Sequence record: KU521356.1
Length of the DNA stretch: 64,000 bases
Direction: 5' to 3' (one strand)
Numbering within the stretch: position 1 is the stretch's first letter; each line of letters starts with the position of its first letter. This document shows positions 28,830-38,487 of the stretch, piece by piece. Below the pieces are notes generated by a model. It was not told where the DNA came from. It searched no databases and saw nothing but the letters and a program-made list of their open reading frames with translations. The position numbers and the translations under genes are program-made.

Positions 28830-29277
28830 CTGCGCATTTATTAATTTAAGGCAACGTTTAGTTAATGATAAACTAACCTATGTGATTCATCCCATAGTGA
28901 AGGTTTATGATTTCACTAGAAAGGCTATTAGACAATTAACTGATTTTGCTATTTTAGATAGTTATAACTTCCCAGAGGAAACTTCCAATATTAGTGTTCA
29001 GCCAACTATCACAGATGATACTAATAATAGAAATTCTTTGATACATCTTGGGGTTATAGAAGAGCCTGATTTTGGACCAACTAGATTATACGCCATCTTA
29101 GATAGAGAAATCAAAGATGATTCTAATCTAATTGAAACAACTGATGATGGCTGGTATACATTGGATGAGTTAATTCTAGTTGAAGACGATATGGATGAAT
29201 TCGCGCGACTTATTGTTCAGTACTTGCGAACTATTCCGAGGAAGCCACAATGGTTAACTTCGACAAAAGATGTTTAG
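28810..29277 (+). CDS. Hypothetical protein, possible degenerate NUDIX fold
   Basis: IHLGVI and GWYTLDEL...MDEF..LI resemble a NUDIX C-terminal half; start uncertain. Confidence 0.5.
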   Translation: MSMSMNNCAFINLRQRLVNDKLTYVIHPIVKVYDFTRKAIRQLTDFAILDSYNFPEETSNISVQPTITDDTNNRNSLIHLGVIEEPDFGPTRLYAILDREIKDDSNLIETTDDGWYTLDELILVEDDMDEFARLIVQYLRTIPRKPQWLTSTKDV

Positions 29278-29480
29278 AAATAGAGCCTAATCAGTTAGGT
29301 TATGTATTTACAAAGATCGGTTGGGAAATATGTGTTACTATTGGCATACGACATATATGTGCTAAAACCTATTATACAGTGTATTCACTTAATGATAAAT
29401 GCATTTATTACATTGAGCATTCAGCGCAATTTACTAAACGCATAAAACCAAACTATATACAAAGGTTTCATGTTCTATGA
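29250..29480 (+). CDS. Hypothetical small protein
   Basis: Fills the gap, stop overlaps next start; no clear RBS. Confidence 0.4.
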   Translation: MVNFDKRCLEIEPNQLGYVFTKIGWEICVTIGIRHICAKTYYTVYSLNDKCIYYIEHSAQFTKRIKPNYIQRFHVL

Positions 29481-30163
29481 TCAATACAACCGATAAAACT
29501 ATAGTTGGTATAGGATTTGAAACAAAGGTTTCAGATTCACCGATTGAACAACCTGTAAAGAAAACTAAGACTCCTAAGATAAATAAACAAAAAGAATGGG
29601 AGAAAGTAGATGATCCGAGAGAATATACAAAAGAGGAACAAACTTCTCTCTTTGTAAATTGGCTTCAAAGCACACGTAATTACTGGCATAAACAGTATAC
29701 CGATACTCAAAATACAGATAAGGCACTATCTATCAGAGATATGCTTGATGGATTTATATATAGCATCGCAGCTGGCCTAGATGGCAATGATCCAAATATA
29801 CCCGGATTCAAACTTATACCTAATGTTACTCAAGAGGATATTGACTACCTAATAAGTATTGGTGAGAATTATTGGCCAGTAAACCCAGTTGAAAATTTAA
29901 AAGATAATATCCGTGCAAAGTGTGATGCAGTTGATATTTCTGGTAATCTACGTTATCAAGTTTCTAAGACATTTACGGAACCTTTCAAAGGACCACATGC
30001 ACTATTGAACCATTTCCTTAGTTTAGCAGGTGAGAAACCTGTTAAGTATTACTCGGGTAATTTTACGCAAGAGCAACTTGCTATGTTAGTAGAAAAAGCT
30101 AAAGAAAAAGCGGAAAAGATACAATCACAAATAGCTGATGATATCAGTCGAATAATGCGTTAA
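29477..30163 (+). CDS. Hypothetical protein, paralog of 30208
   Basis: SIAAGLDGN...PGFKLIP motif. Confidence 0.75.
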   Translation: MINTTDKTIVGIGFETKVSDSPIEQPVKKTKTPKINKQKEWEKVDDPREYTKEEQTSLFVNWLQSTRNYWHKQYTDTQNTDKALSIRDMLDGFIYSIAAGLDGNDPNIPGFKLIPNVTQEDIDYLISIGENYWPVNPVENLKDNIRAKCDAVDISGNLRYQVSKTFTEPFKGPHALLNHFLSLAGEKPVKYYSGNFTQEQLAMLVEKAKEKAEKIQSQIADDISRIMR

Positions 30164-30207
30164 TGAACTAATAAATTTATAAGCTACTGATAACAAGGTA
30201 TGTAATT

Positions 30208-30582
30208 ATGATCTATTTTGAAGGCGATGGTAATGTTAAACCTGTAACACAGGAACAAGTTAAAGAACTATTTATTAGTAGTGTTGTCAATATGCGTGAT
30301 AATGCTATCAATAACTCTAAACTTGATCAATTTACAGAGCCAGCTGATCGGGACAGGGCTGTAGCAGATAGTGTCATTACAGGCATGCTAGATATACTAG
30401 ATGGCAATAATGACGATTGCCCAGCGTTTCATTTAATTCCAGCAGTTGGTGAGGAAGAATATTTAGCGGCTGTAGAAGCAGGTGCTGATTATATCCCTTA
30501 TGATGATGGTAGTGATAATTATCAACCATTAGATTTAGCTGGTGAACTACGAGATTATTTTATCTTTGTTAATAGGGGTTAG
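30208..30582 (+). CDS. Hypothetical protein, paralog of 29477
   Basis: GMLDILDGN...PAFHLIP motif. Confidence 0.75.
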   Translation: MIYFEGDGNVKPVTQEQVKELFISSVVNMRDNAINNSKLDQFTEPADRDRAVADSVITGMLDILDGNNDDCPAFHLIPAVGEEEYLAAVEAGADYIPYDDGSDNYQPLDLAGELRDYFIFVNRG

Positions 30583-30584
30583 TA

Positions 30585-31019
30585 ATGACTGAGGTAGTGA
30601 TTGCACTTATCCTGTCAGCAATTATTGTTTACTTAATTAATATTTTTAAACAATCGAAAGTAATTTATACTAATGCCATAAATGATAATGTCTTTGTTGT
30701 TACTGGTTGTACTTACATATCAGAAAATAATGAGGACGGTACATTAACAACTTTTTCACCTAAATTAAATAATAGGTTAATAATTGATTTAACTAAAGGT
30801 CAACCCAATAAAGACTTTTATATTTCAGTATTAGATAACACACTTAAATTCCATCACACTGTTGATGAAATCATCACAGCTAATAAATGGGAAGCTTTAT
30901 TTAAAATTAGCATAACTAAAGAGGATGTGTGTATCTCAGGAATACCTCTTAAAAATAAAAGCATGAAATGTAATTTACACTGGGTTATAGCACCAAGTAA
31001 AATGGTGAATAAATTGTAA
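30585..31019 (+). CDS. N-terminally anchored membrane protein
   Basis: MTEVVIALILSAIIVYLI. Confidence 0.7.
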   Translation: MTEVVIALILSAIIVYLINIFKQSKVIYTNAINDNVFVVTGCTYISENNEDGTLTTFSPKLNNRLIIDLTKGQPNKDFYISVLDNTLKFHHTVDEIITANKWEALFKISITKEDVCISGIPLKNKSMKCNLHWVIAPSKMVNKL

Positions 31020-31032
31020 TAGTTATTATATT

Positions 31033-31109
31033 GCCCTCCCATTGCGGGAGGGCTTATATTTTATTTTTTTGTATTTAAAGCATTTTAAACAGTATATTAC
31101 AAATGTGAT
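31033..31109 (+). promoter_or_regulatory. Terminator + early promoter cassette
   Basis: GCCCTCCC-attgc-GGGAGGGC; TATATTAC at 31093. Confidence 0.85.
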
Positions 31110-31143
31110 AAAACTATCTAAATTTCAAATAGGTAAATCAATT

Positions 31144-31503
31144 ATGTTGGACTATGCTTTGGAAAAGTGTCGTGAAATCCCTTATGTAAAACATCGTCAA
31201 CGTGTTTATTCAGTCATTACTGATAAACGTGGTAGGATCATTAGTGAAAGCCAAAATATGTATGGTAAAACACATCCTGCTCAGAAACGTTATTCTCTAA
31301 AAGCAGGATTGTCCGATCTACGTTGTGAGATGCATAGTGAGTTGCGTTCTATCATCCTCTCCAAGGGAAAAGGATATAGGATCTATGTTGCGCGAGTCGG
31401 TTCTGATGGTAGGCCATTAGATGCATATCCGTGTCCCACTTGTCAAATGGCAATTAATGACCATGGTAAATTAAAAGAGGTAATTGTATCTATTGGTAAA
31501 TAA
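31144..31503 (+). CDS. Zn-dependent cytidine/dCMP deaminase-fold protein
   Basis: HSE ... PCPTC Zn motif; ATG 31144 follows the promoter (the track start at 31042 runs through the terminator). Confidence 0.75.
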   Translation: MLDYALEKCREIPYVKHRQRVYSVITDKRGRIISESQNMYGKTHPAQKRYSLKAGLSDLRCEMHSELRSIILSKGKGYRIYVARVGSDGRPLDAYPCPTCQMAINDHGKLKEVIVSIGK

Positions 31504-31548
31504 TAACACTATAGTTAATTTCCTTATTTATTTAAAAAGGAAAATATA

Positions 31549-32079
31549 ATGCCTAATGATTATTTAAATAATAAACCATCCAAATATCTTAAGAGGATTC
31601 ATCTTACAGCAAATGGTACATTGGCTACAACTGTAGAAACATGTCTAGAATATCAACCAGTTAGTGATATCCACAAGTTCTATCCTTACTTCAATTTTAC
31701 ACCAGCGGAACTTTGGGATAAATTTTCTGAATCTAGTTTTAATGTACTAACTATTTTTGGTAAACCAGATACCGGTGAGTCAATCTTCGCTAGAGAAATG
31801 TTGAATCATCGAGGCTGGGATGATAAAATTTATTTAGCTGATCGGTCCGATATTTTAGAACATCCTGAATTCGCTGACCTCATTAGAGGTTTTCCAAATG
31901 GATCTGTTATTATTGCCGAAGATGTTGATAAAGTAGTGCGTGCACGTACAGGTGGTAATGGGGTTATGTCAGCTATCATTAATGCTAGTGAAGAAATTAC
32001 CAAACGTAATATTAAATTAGTCATCACTACCAGCTTACCAACACTTAAGGATACTGATGTAGGCATTTTGATGTTCTAG
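31549..32079 (+). pseudogene. Truncated, Walker-A-degenerate paralog of the 143..1243 ATPase
   Basis: FYPYFNFTPAELW..F.ES..NVL; GKPDTGES in place of GPPGTGKS; ends before the RPGR finger. Confidence 0.6.
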
Positions 32080-32099
32080 AATTTAATTAGGATCAAACT

Positions 32100-32522
32100 A
32101 TGAAAAATACACACTTAGTTGAAGTAGCAACACATGCTTATTGTCTGGTTGGTGGACTTCCTAAACCAGAAGAAATGGATGAGGCTGAAAAAGAGTATTG
32201 GGCATCTGTACCAAGTGAGGATATTAAATTAGCTTCATATTGGAAAATGGTCCAACCACCACTATATGACCTAGTGATGAAATATAGTGGAATTGATTAC
32301 GAAAGATTTTATCCTTATCCTGGTGGTCCTTCTCTTAACACTGGCGAACTTGAAACATTCAGGCTTCCAGGTGCAGATGAAGGGGCTCTGGTTTGGCGTG
32401 ATGTCTGTATTACGTGGTATAAAAGACCAGGTCGATGTATGTGTATTTCTCGTAATCTGACTGATGATGAACTCGTACAACTTGAACAGGAACTCATCAA
32501 AGCCATCGCAAAACCGGAATAA
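32100..32522 (+). CDS. Conserved phage hypothetical protein
   Basis: ITWYKRPGR.M..SRNLT motif. Confidence 0.7.
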   Translation: MKNTHLVEVATHAYCLVGGLPKPEEMDEAEKEYWASVPSEDIKLASYWKMVQPPLYDLVMKYSGIDYERFYPYPGGPSLNTGELETFRLPGADEGALVWRDVCITWYKRPGRCMCISRNLTDDELVQLEQELIKAIAKPE

Positions 32523-32575
32523 CTTATAAAAGAAGTTTAACAGATTTTTTTAATCCAACTAAAAGGAAATTGTAA

Positions 32576-32809
32576 ATGCAACATGTAACTGTAAAGACTA
32601 TGAACTCTGGACTGAAAGTCATTGATTTGGATGGTATCCGACTCAAAGAAAAAAATATTATCCAGCTACGTTCTATTATGAATCACGATGCAGCAAAGCA
32701 ATCATCAGCTTTTATGCATCACGATAGCCAGTTCAATAATGTACGTATTGAATTTTGGCGCGAACCATCAGCGCGAATTATCTCGCTGATTAAAGATGCG
32801 GTCGCATGA
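32576..32809 (+). CDS. Hypothetical protein
   Basis: AAGGAA RBS. Confidence 0.7.
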   Translation: MQHVTVKTMNSGLKVIDLDGIRLKEKNIIQLRSIMNHDAAKQSSAFMHHDSQFNNVRIEFWREPSARIISLIKDAVA

Positions 32810-32836
32810 CCGCTTTCTTTTAAGAAGGTAACTAAT

Positions 32837-33115
32837 ATGTCTATCTCTGATGTAGTATTTGAAGCCGCTGTCAAAAGTGGTGTTAGTCTTGAACACCTTG
32901 GTAAAGAAGAGCCTATTCTAAAAATTCGCTCTGTTAAAGAAAGTGATGGATGGGATATCATCCTCTATTATCCTGGTAAGATTACCAAGACTGTGAAACT
33001 ACTATCAAGCGATGTAGCTGGGTCAGATGCATCAAAGTTTATTGAACATGTATTTGGAGATGTTCAATTTGCTAAAGAAGCAGTACGCAATGCTGAAGGC
33101 ATTGTAATAAAATAA
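32837..33115 (+). CDS. Hypothetical protein
   Basis: AAGGT RBS. Confidence 0.7.
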   Translation: MSISDVVFEAAVKSGVSLEHLGKEEPILKIRSVKESDGWDIILYYPGKITKTVKLLSSDVAGSDASKFIEHVFGDVQFAKEAVRNAEGIVIK

Positions 33116-33139
33116 TCAATCTGGAAAAAGGAAATATAA

Positions 33140-33559
33140 ATGTATCTTGATGAAAAGTATTGGGCTTATTCTGTAAAAGCTATGGATAACAAACATCCAG
33201 TTTTGATGAATGTACATGGTCTTCATTGGTATTCACCGTCTTTGGTTAATTGGAGCCTAACTGCTGTCAAACGGGATGGGACACTTTCATCAAAAGAAGT
33301 GTTTGATATCACTAGCAAATATGTCAGCCATCTCATTGATAATGAAGTTAAAATCGTTAATGATCAGTTGGTCTACCTGATCAAAAATAATCTGATTAGT
33401 GGTATCACTGAGCTTGATGATGGTTTCTTTGTATTTGCAAATATTGATGGCGAGTCATGGTCCATGCATGTTGTAATTGAATGCTTGATGGAACATGAAG
33501 AAGATTGGGAAAAACTCGCTGCCGTTAAATGCAATGAGTTGGCCATTTCTGCATTCTAA
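33140..33559 (+). CDS. Hypothetical protein
   Basis: AAGGAA RBS. Confidence 0.75.
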   Translation: MYLDEKYWAYSVKAMDNKHPVLMNVHGLHWYSPSLVNWSLTAVKRDGTLSSKEVFDITSKYVSHLIDNEVKIVNDQLVYLIKNNLISGITELDDGFFVFANIDGESWSMHVVIECLMEHEEDWEKLAAVKCNELAISAF

Positions 33560-33637
33560 TTAATTATGAAAATGGGGGTCTAAAGACCCCCTATCTATTT
33601 AATAGAATGAAACTAATCTTAATAATGGTGAATACTA

Positions 33638-33934
33638 ATGAATAAATATTACCATTTGAAGAAACAGAAGGATGCTACATGGACAATTGAATTTCTAGGA
33701 AAGATGCGTAATTTTAAATTCAACCATGTAACTAAACAGAATAATAGCTGGGTTAGCATGGGTATTGAAGGTTATCCAGCACTTAAATTTAACTGTGATG
33801 GATTTGGTAGATTAGAAAGTATTCAACCCATTGATGATGATTTAACCATCGATGAAATATTTATTCCACGTAAACATTCTGTTTCACAGTGTATCGATAT
33901 AACAACACTTTACATAGGTGGTCAATGTGACTGA
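33638..33934 (+). CDS. Hypothetical protein
   Basis: 98-aa ORF after a hairpin. Confidence 0.65.
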   Translation: MNKYYHLKKQKDATWTIEFLGKMRNFKFNHVTKQNNSWVSMGIEGYPALKFNCDGFGRLESIQPIDDDLTIDEIFIPRKHSVSQCIDITTLYIGGQCD

Positions 33935-34364
33935 GATAATATTAGTTATTTTATCATTGTTTGTTCTTTCAGTCATAACCGGCTATTGTATAACCCGGTT
34001 AGAGAAAACCGAAGATATAGCCTATTATGTTAAATCAATTACGTATTACTTAGGTGAATCCGGTGATACATTTTTTAATAGTGAACCCAAAGTAATACAG
34101 CTGGATAACCCTGTAAAACTAGTTTTCACTAATGAACCAGTTCAAATAAAAACACTTTATTTAGACCTAGATAAGAAAGAATTATATCTTAATCATCCCG
34201 AACATGCTTGTATTGTAATGCGTGTTATTTTCTTTTTAAATTATCATAACCAGAAAAAACTCATCGGTTATTCAGATGAGTACTATCATGACAATGAGTA
34301 TGTTGATAGTGAGTTTGATATGGTCATAAAGAAAATTAGTGTAGAATGCTATAAAGGTTTATAA
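33927..34364 (+). CDS. N-terminally anchored membrane protein, possible paralog of 30585
   Basis: GTG start, MTEIILVILSLFVLSVI. Confidence 0.65.
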   Translation: MTEIILVILSLFVLSVITGYCITRLEKTEDIAYYVKSITYYLGESGDTFFNSEPKVIQLDNPVKLVFTNEPVQIKTLYLDLDKKELYLNHPEHACIVMRVIFFLNYHNQKKLIGYSDEYYHDNEYVDSEFDMVIKKISVECYKGL

Positions 34365-34400
34365 TGGTCAATTTTATAGACCATCAATCAGGAGTTAATA

Positions 34401-34832
34401 ATGAGTGTTCTACAACAGCTAGGAAGTTTCCCAGTATATAAGAAAACTAATGGTGAAACTCGATTTCTATTAGACCATGATGTTGCTATCAGCATGGTTA
34501 CAACTGAGCAAGGTAGTTTTATGACTGCCCCACTAAAAACAGATGGGGTAGAGTTCAATCTATCTGAAGTCTTTGGTGATTATAAAAAATTCGATAATGT
34601 GATTGTAGATAAACTCTACTATCGTGATTTATCTGGTAAAATGCAGTCTAAAAAAGTACCAACTATCCCACAGCTTTATAAAGACATGACTGTATTTAAA
34701 AGTGGGTATACCACTAAAATAAATAACCTTCGCTGGGGTTATTGTGTAACTATTAAAAATGATGGTACAGCTAAAATTTGGACAGATTCTAATAGTCCTA
34801 TTTGTGGTGTGTCAATTCGTTTCACAATGTAA
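34401..34832 (+). CDS. Hypothetical protein
   Basis: AGGAG RBS. Confidence 0.75.
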   Translation: MSVLQQLGSFPVYKKTNGETRFLLDHDVAISMVTTEQGSFMTAPLKTDGVEFNLSEVFGDYKKFDNVIVDKLYYRDLSGKMQSKKVPTIPQLYKDMTVFKSGYTTKINNLRWGYCVTIKNDGTAKIWTDSNSPICGVSIRFTM

Positions 34833-34894
34833 CGCCATAATGGCCTCCCTTCGGGGAGGCTTTTATATCCCTTTATATAAACAGGTATATTCAA

Positions 34895-35197
34895 ATGAAA
34901 ATGAATAATAAGGTAATTGACTCGGCGTCGTATATGTTGGCTAATACCGATAAGTTCATTAGTACTGTATTCGCTGGTGAAGACCGGTATATTGAGTCCT
35001 GTACTGGGCTCATTAGCGCACATGGTGATAAGGTGGAGCAGTACCGTAATGGTTGGGAAGAGGCTGGATTAGACTTTAATAAAGCACAAATAATCTATCT
35101 TCTAACCTATACTAAACTACTAGGTGATACTCCTAAGTATATGTCTAATCAATGGGTGATTGACAACTATTCTAAATACAGTGAACTATTGCCATAA
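34895..35197 (+). CDS. Hypothetical protein
   Basis: Follows terminator 34843-34860. Confidence 0.7.
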   Translation: MKMNNKVIDSASYMLANTDKFISTVFAGEDRYIESCTGLISAHGDKVEQYRNGWEEAGLDFNKAQIIYLLTYTKLLGDTPKYMSNQWVIDNYSKYSELLP

Positions 35198-35280
35198 TGC
35201 ATAAATGGTTTATTATAAGTAAATTTAAAAATATATAATAACCATGCTAAGTTAGATAATCATTATTTGAGGTACTCAAA

Positions 35281-35433
35281 ATGGAAGGAATCAAATATGT
35301 AGCACTGTTTTTGATTATAGCTATTTTAAGTAGTACATTAGTTGGTATTAATAAAATTATTAGTATAGGTGATATCGATGGATATAGATCAGAAAAAGAA
35401 AGAATCACCGAAATTCAATCCCATCATAAATAG
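35281..35433 (+). CDS. 50-aa membrane peptide
   Basis: GAGGT RBS; MEGIKYVALFLIIAILSSTLVGI... Confidence 0.6.
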   Translation: MEGIKYVALFLIIAILSSTLVGINKIISIGDIDGYRSEKERITEIQSHHK

Positions 35434-35489
35434 TATCTTTAACAAGTCATGATTAACTGAAGATAAAAGTGGTAAAGAGGTAAAAAGAA

Positions 35490-35792
35490 ATGAGTACAAC
35501 AGTGAGCTGTCTAGCAAACGTGCTAGCTAATGGTATTAGTCTTATCGCTAAGAATAAAGTTCAAGTAGGTATGATTCTACAAGCAACACAGGATATTTGG
35601 ATCATGCGTACTTGTAAAAAGAATGGTTATTTAGAATGGAAGTTTGCTAATGAAGGTGATGACCTAACCGTATTAGGTGTTGATGAGGGTAATCCCGAAG
35701 GCGGCTTTAGAGTTTTAAATGCCGACAATTATAATCAAATTGAAACTGTACAATGTACAGATATGGATGATATTCTTCACGCCTATAACTGA
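35490..35792 (+). CDS. Hypothetical protein
   Basis: GAGGT RBS. Confidence 0.75.
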   Translation: MSTTVSCLANVLANGISLIAKNKVQVGMILQATQDIWIMRTCKKNGYLEWKFANEGDDLTVLGVDEGNPEGGFRVLNADNYNQIETVQCTDMDDILHAYN

Positions 35793-35800
35793 GGTGATAT

Positions 35801-36013
35801 ATGTCAAATTCATTTAAAGCCGGTGACAAAGTTGTAGTCAATACAGATATTATTAATAGCACCGGTGAATGCGGCTATGATCTTACACTATGCAAAGCTG
35901 GCACTGTAGTTATAATCGAGTCTGTTAATGGAGACCATCTGTTAGTTTATCCATCTAATAGTGGTCCTAGTAATGGGTTTTATGTTCATCTACATCAGGT
36001 TAATGCACAATGA
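35801..36013 (+). CDS. Small SH3/KOW-like protein
   Basis: FKAGDKVVV...GTVVII pattern; GAGGTG RBS. Confidence 0.6.
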   Translation: MSNSFKAGDKVVVNTDIINSTGECGYDLTLCKAGTVVIIESVNGDHLLVYPSNSGPSNGFYVHLHQVNAQ

Positions 36014-36387
36014 AACTTGAATGCGTAAGAGATACTGCACAGATCCTCTATAGTAAAAGAGCTTTTATAAAAGGTAATTATATTGGTAGCGAATATCATA
36101 TTTACCAATTACTAACCCATCTTCATCATCGTATCGTTAATGCGCTTATTGAAATATATGATGATGATTCACTAACTGATGTGCTAAATAAAAGTCCTGA
36201 TGATATTATTATCTTGTTCTCTAAACATGCGACTAATGCGTACCAGCATTACAAAGTTCTTCGCCAAAATATAAATGCTAAGATTGAAGAAGTAAATGCA
36301 TCACGAAATAGGTATACTCTGTGGTCTAACTTAGTAGAGGATATTCTTAAGTTTAGACTATATTGCAGTAAACTAAAGGTGGGTTGA
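36010..36387 (+). CDS. Hypothetical protein
   Basis: ATGA overlap. Confidence 0.7.
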   Translation: MKLECVRDTAQILYSKRAFIKGNYIGSEYHIYQLLTHLHHRIVNALIEIYDDDSLTDVLNKSPDDIIILFSKHATNAYQHYKVLRQNINAKIEEVNASRNRYTLWSNLVEDILKFRLYCSKLKVG

Positions 36388-36388
36388 G

Positions 36389-36754
36389 ATGATCGAAATT
36401 AATTCTGCTGAAGTAGAAATGCTTGTTAAAACGATTACTGGTGATCTGTTATACTCTATCCATGACGGCACATATCCAGCTGAAACTTATTGGATGTTTA
36501 AAACAGATGTTGCAATGTTGGATGCATGGTTTGCTAAAATTTATCAGTTTGGTATGTCAAAGCAAATCCCATATGCCAGTATCCCATTTACCAATCTAGT
36601 GGATGTATCGACTGAGTGGTTATTCCAATATATGGCCAATCTGGCAGCTGATCTAGGTGATTTTGAAGAGGTCCAAGAACCTATTTTCAATATCATCAAT
36701 AAGATCCATTCAATGTGGTCAGTTTATGATAAGTATTCATGGACTGGTAGCTAA
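36389..36754 (+). CDS. Hypothetical protein
   Basis: Packed in operon. Confidence 0.7.
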   Translation: MIEINSAEVEMLVKTITGDLLYSIHDGTYPAETYWMFKTDVAMLDAWFAKIYQFGMSKQIPYASIPFTNLVDVSTEWLFQYMANLAADLGDFEEVQEPIFNIINKIHSMWSVYDKYSWTGS

Positions 36755-36797
36755 TACTTGACCGTCCAATTAGATAGTTATAGGACGGGAATTAACC

Positions 36798-37133
36798 ATG
36801 TTTATAGTTGATGATAAGTGTTATAGTTGGTCGAGTACTTCGCACGGTCGTGGGAAAAGAAGTGAAATAGTTGGAGCAGGTGTTTATGTTATTGAACACA
36901 TTGCAACTGGGAAGTATTTAGTAGGGCTTTCAAAGACTGTTAGTAATGAAGTTGATAAACATATCGCTGCATTACGTAATAATAGTCATCAAAATAAGGC
37001 AATGTTGGGTTTAGTACATCGGGACATGGATTTACGTTTATTAGAATACCCCATTAGTAAGGTTAGTGATCAGAAAGCACTTATTGCTAAGATCCGAGCC
37101 ACCACTGAACCTAAATATCTAATGCTTAATTAG
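36798..37133 (+). CDS. Stand-alone GIY-YIG-like domain
   Basis: GVYVIEHIATGKYLVGLS...H...L..N.H.N motif. Confidence 0.7.
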   Translation: MFIVDDKCYSWSSTSHGRGKRSEIVGAGVYVIEHIATGKYLVGLSKTVSNEVDKHIAALRNNSHQNKAMLGLVHRDMDLRLLEYPISKVSDQKALIAKIRATTEPKYLMLN

Positions 37134-37178
37134 GGAGGGTAATACCTCCCTTTTTTATATAAGAAAAGGAAATATACA

Positions 37179-37865
37179 ATGAGTAACCCGTTAGTTATCA
37201 AATCGGCAAGTGATCTAGTAGAACCAAAAGAGATAGATTACAAAGCGCCTATTTTTAAGGCCAGTCACGAATATGCATCTATTCGTGAGAATAGCAGACA
37301 GTTAATTGAAAAGCAAATGAAACTATCCAAAAAGCCTTTTGCCGTGCTTGAACGAGAAGGTGATATTGGTCCCAATGTTGTTTATTACACGTGTGGGTGT
37401 AATAAAGAAGATCCACTCTTTCCTGAACTGGTGATCACTGCATGCATCACTAAGGAATCGGCAGTAAATACCTTTTACGCCATTTTTGAAAAATTAAAAG
37501 AAGTGAAACAGATCACGGGTAGCGTAGAGATTGCAGATTTACTGAGCGCATTTGAAGAAGATCAAAGGATGGGACGACAACCTAAATTTGGTATTCGTCT
37601 AATTGATACTCATCAGTTTGTATATGGGTTCGGTGGTAAACTCCACGCATACTACAATATGGATGACTATTATAACCAATTGCCCATCTGGCAAATTCTC
37701 ATCAGTGATATTGAAGGATTCCTACCCACTGATAGTGGTTATCTACAAACAGTTTGTCCGCAGTTTCTTCTAGCCGATAAACCTTTCGGACAAGCTGGTA
37801 ATATCTATCCTACTGACATTTTTAAAACTATGAAATGTCGTCCTTCTGCAACAGTTATTCATTAA
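37179..37865 (+). CDS. DUF4262-like protein
   Basis: YYTCG...PELVI ... QILISD..G.LP.D.GY pattern. Confidence 0.55.
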   Translation: MSNPLVIKSASDLVEPKEIDYKAPIFKASHEYASIRENSRQLIEKQMKLSKKPFAVLEREGDIGPNVVYYTCGCNKEDPLFPELVITACITKESAVNTFYAIFEKLKEVKQITGSVEIADLLSAFEEDQRMGRQPKFGIRLIDTHQFVYGFGGKLHAYYNMDDYYNQLPIWQILISDIEGFLPTDSGYLQTVCPQFLLADKPFGQAGNIYPTDIFKTMKCRPSATVIH

Positions 37866-37877
37866 GAGGTTAATATA

Positions 37878-38117
37878 ATGCGTGAGTTTCGTACTGGTCA
37901 ATATTGTATTACTAAAATTGATATTCCTCATCCAAAACCCAATGCATTAACTGGCCCAACTTATTTAACAGCTGGACAGCAGTGCCAAATTATCGTTTAT
38001 GATCCATCGAAAACACCTTCTACTGGTATTCGTAAAGAAGGTGAAAACTTCGCAATGGTTTATGTAGAAGAATCTGCACTAATTGCTGATCCATCAAAAC
38101 CGGTTCCAACTCTATGA
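37878..38117 (+). CDS. Small SH3-like protein
   Basis: FRTGQYC...AGQQCQI pattern; GAGGT RBS. Confidence 0.6.
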   Translation: MREFRTGQYCITKIDIPHPKPNALTGPTYLTAGQQCQIIVYDPSKTPSTGIRKEGENFAMVYVEESALIADPSKPVPTL

Positions 38118-38473
38118 TATTTAAATTCTTTGATGTTAATGGAGAGTATGATCCACGTAACTTGTGGTTACCCGCTGAACGTCAGCTATATATCTCTATT
38201 ATTAATCCAGAGGGTCATGAGGTGCTCTGGTATGCTAGAAAACCAGGCACTAATGTAGCTATGTTGACACCTAAGCGAGATGATTATGAACTTGTAAATT
38301 GTTCAAATATTCTGAAGGCTAGGAATGTTCTATTGGTTAATCATGAGGCTGGTTCAGTAGAAAAAGCATTACGTTATTTTGACTTACCTGTTAAAGGTAA
38401 ATATAAATTAGCAAGTCGTACATGGGAATGTAGTGAACTATTCACTCTTCAATTTATTGAATATAATTTTTAA
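38114..38473 (+). CDS. Hypothetical protein
   Basis: ATGA overlap. Confidence 0.7.
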   Translation: MIFKFFDVNGEYDPRNLWLPAERQLYISIINPEGHEVLWYARKPGTNVAMLTPKRDDYELVNCSNILKARNVLLVNHEAGSVEKALRYFDLPVKGKYKLASRTWECSELFTLQFIEYNF

Positions 38474-38487
38474 ACAGGTAATTATAA

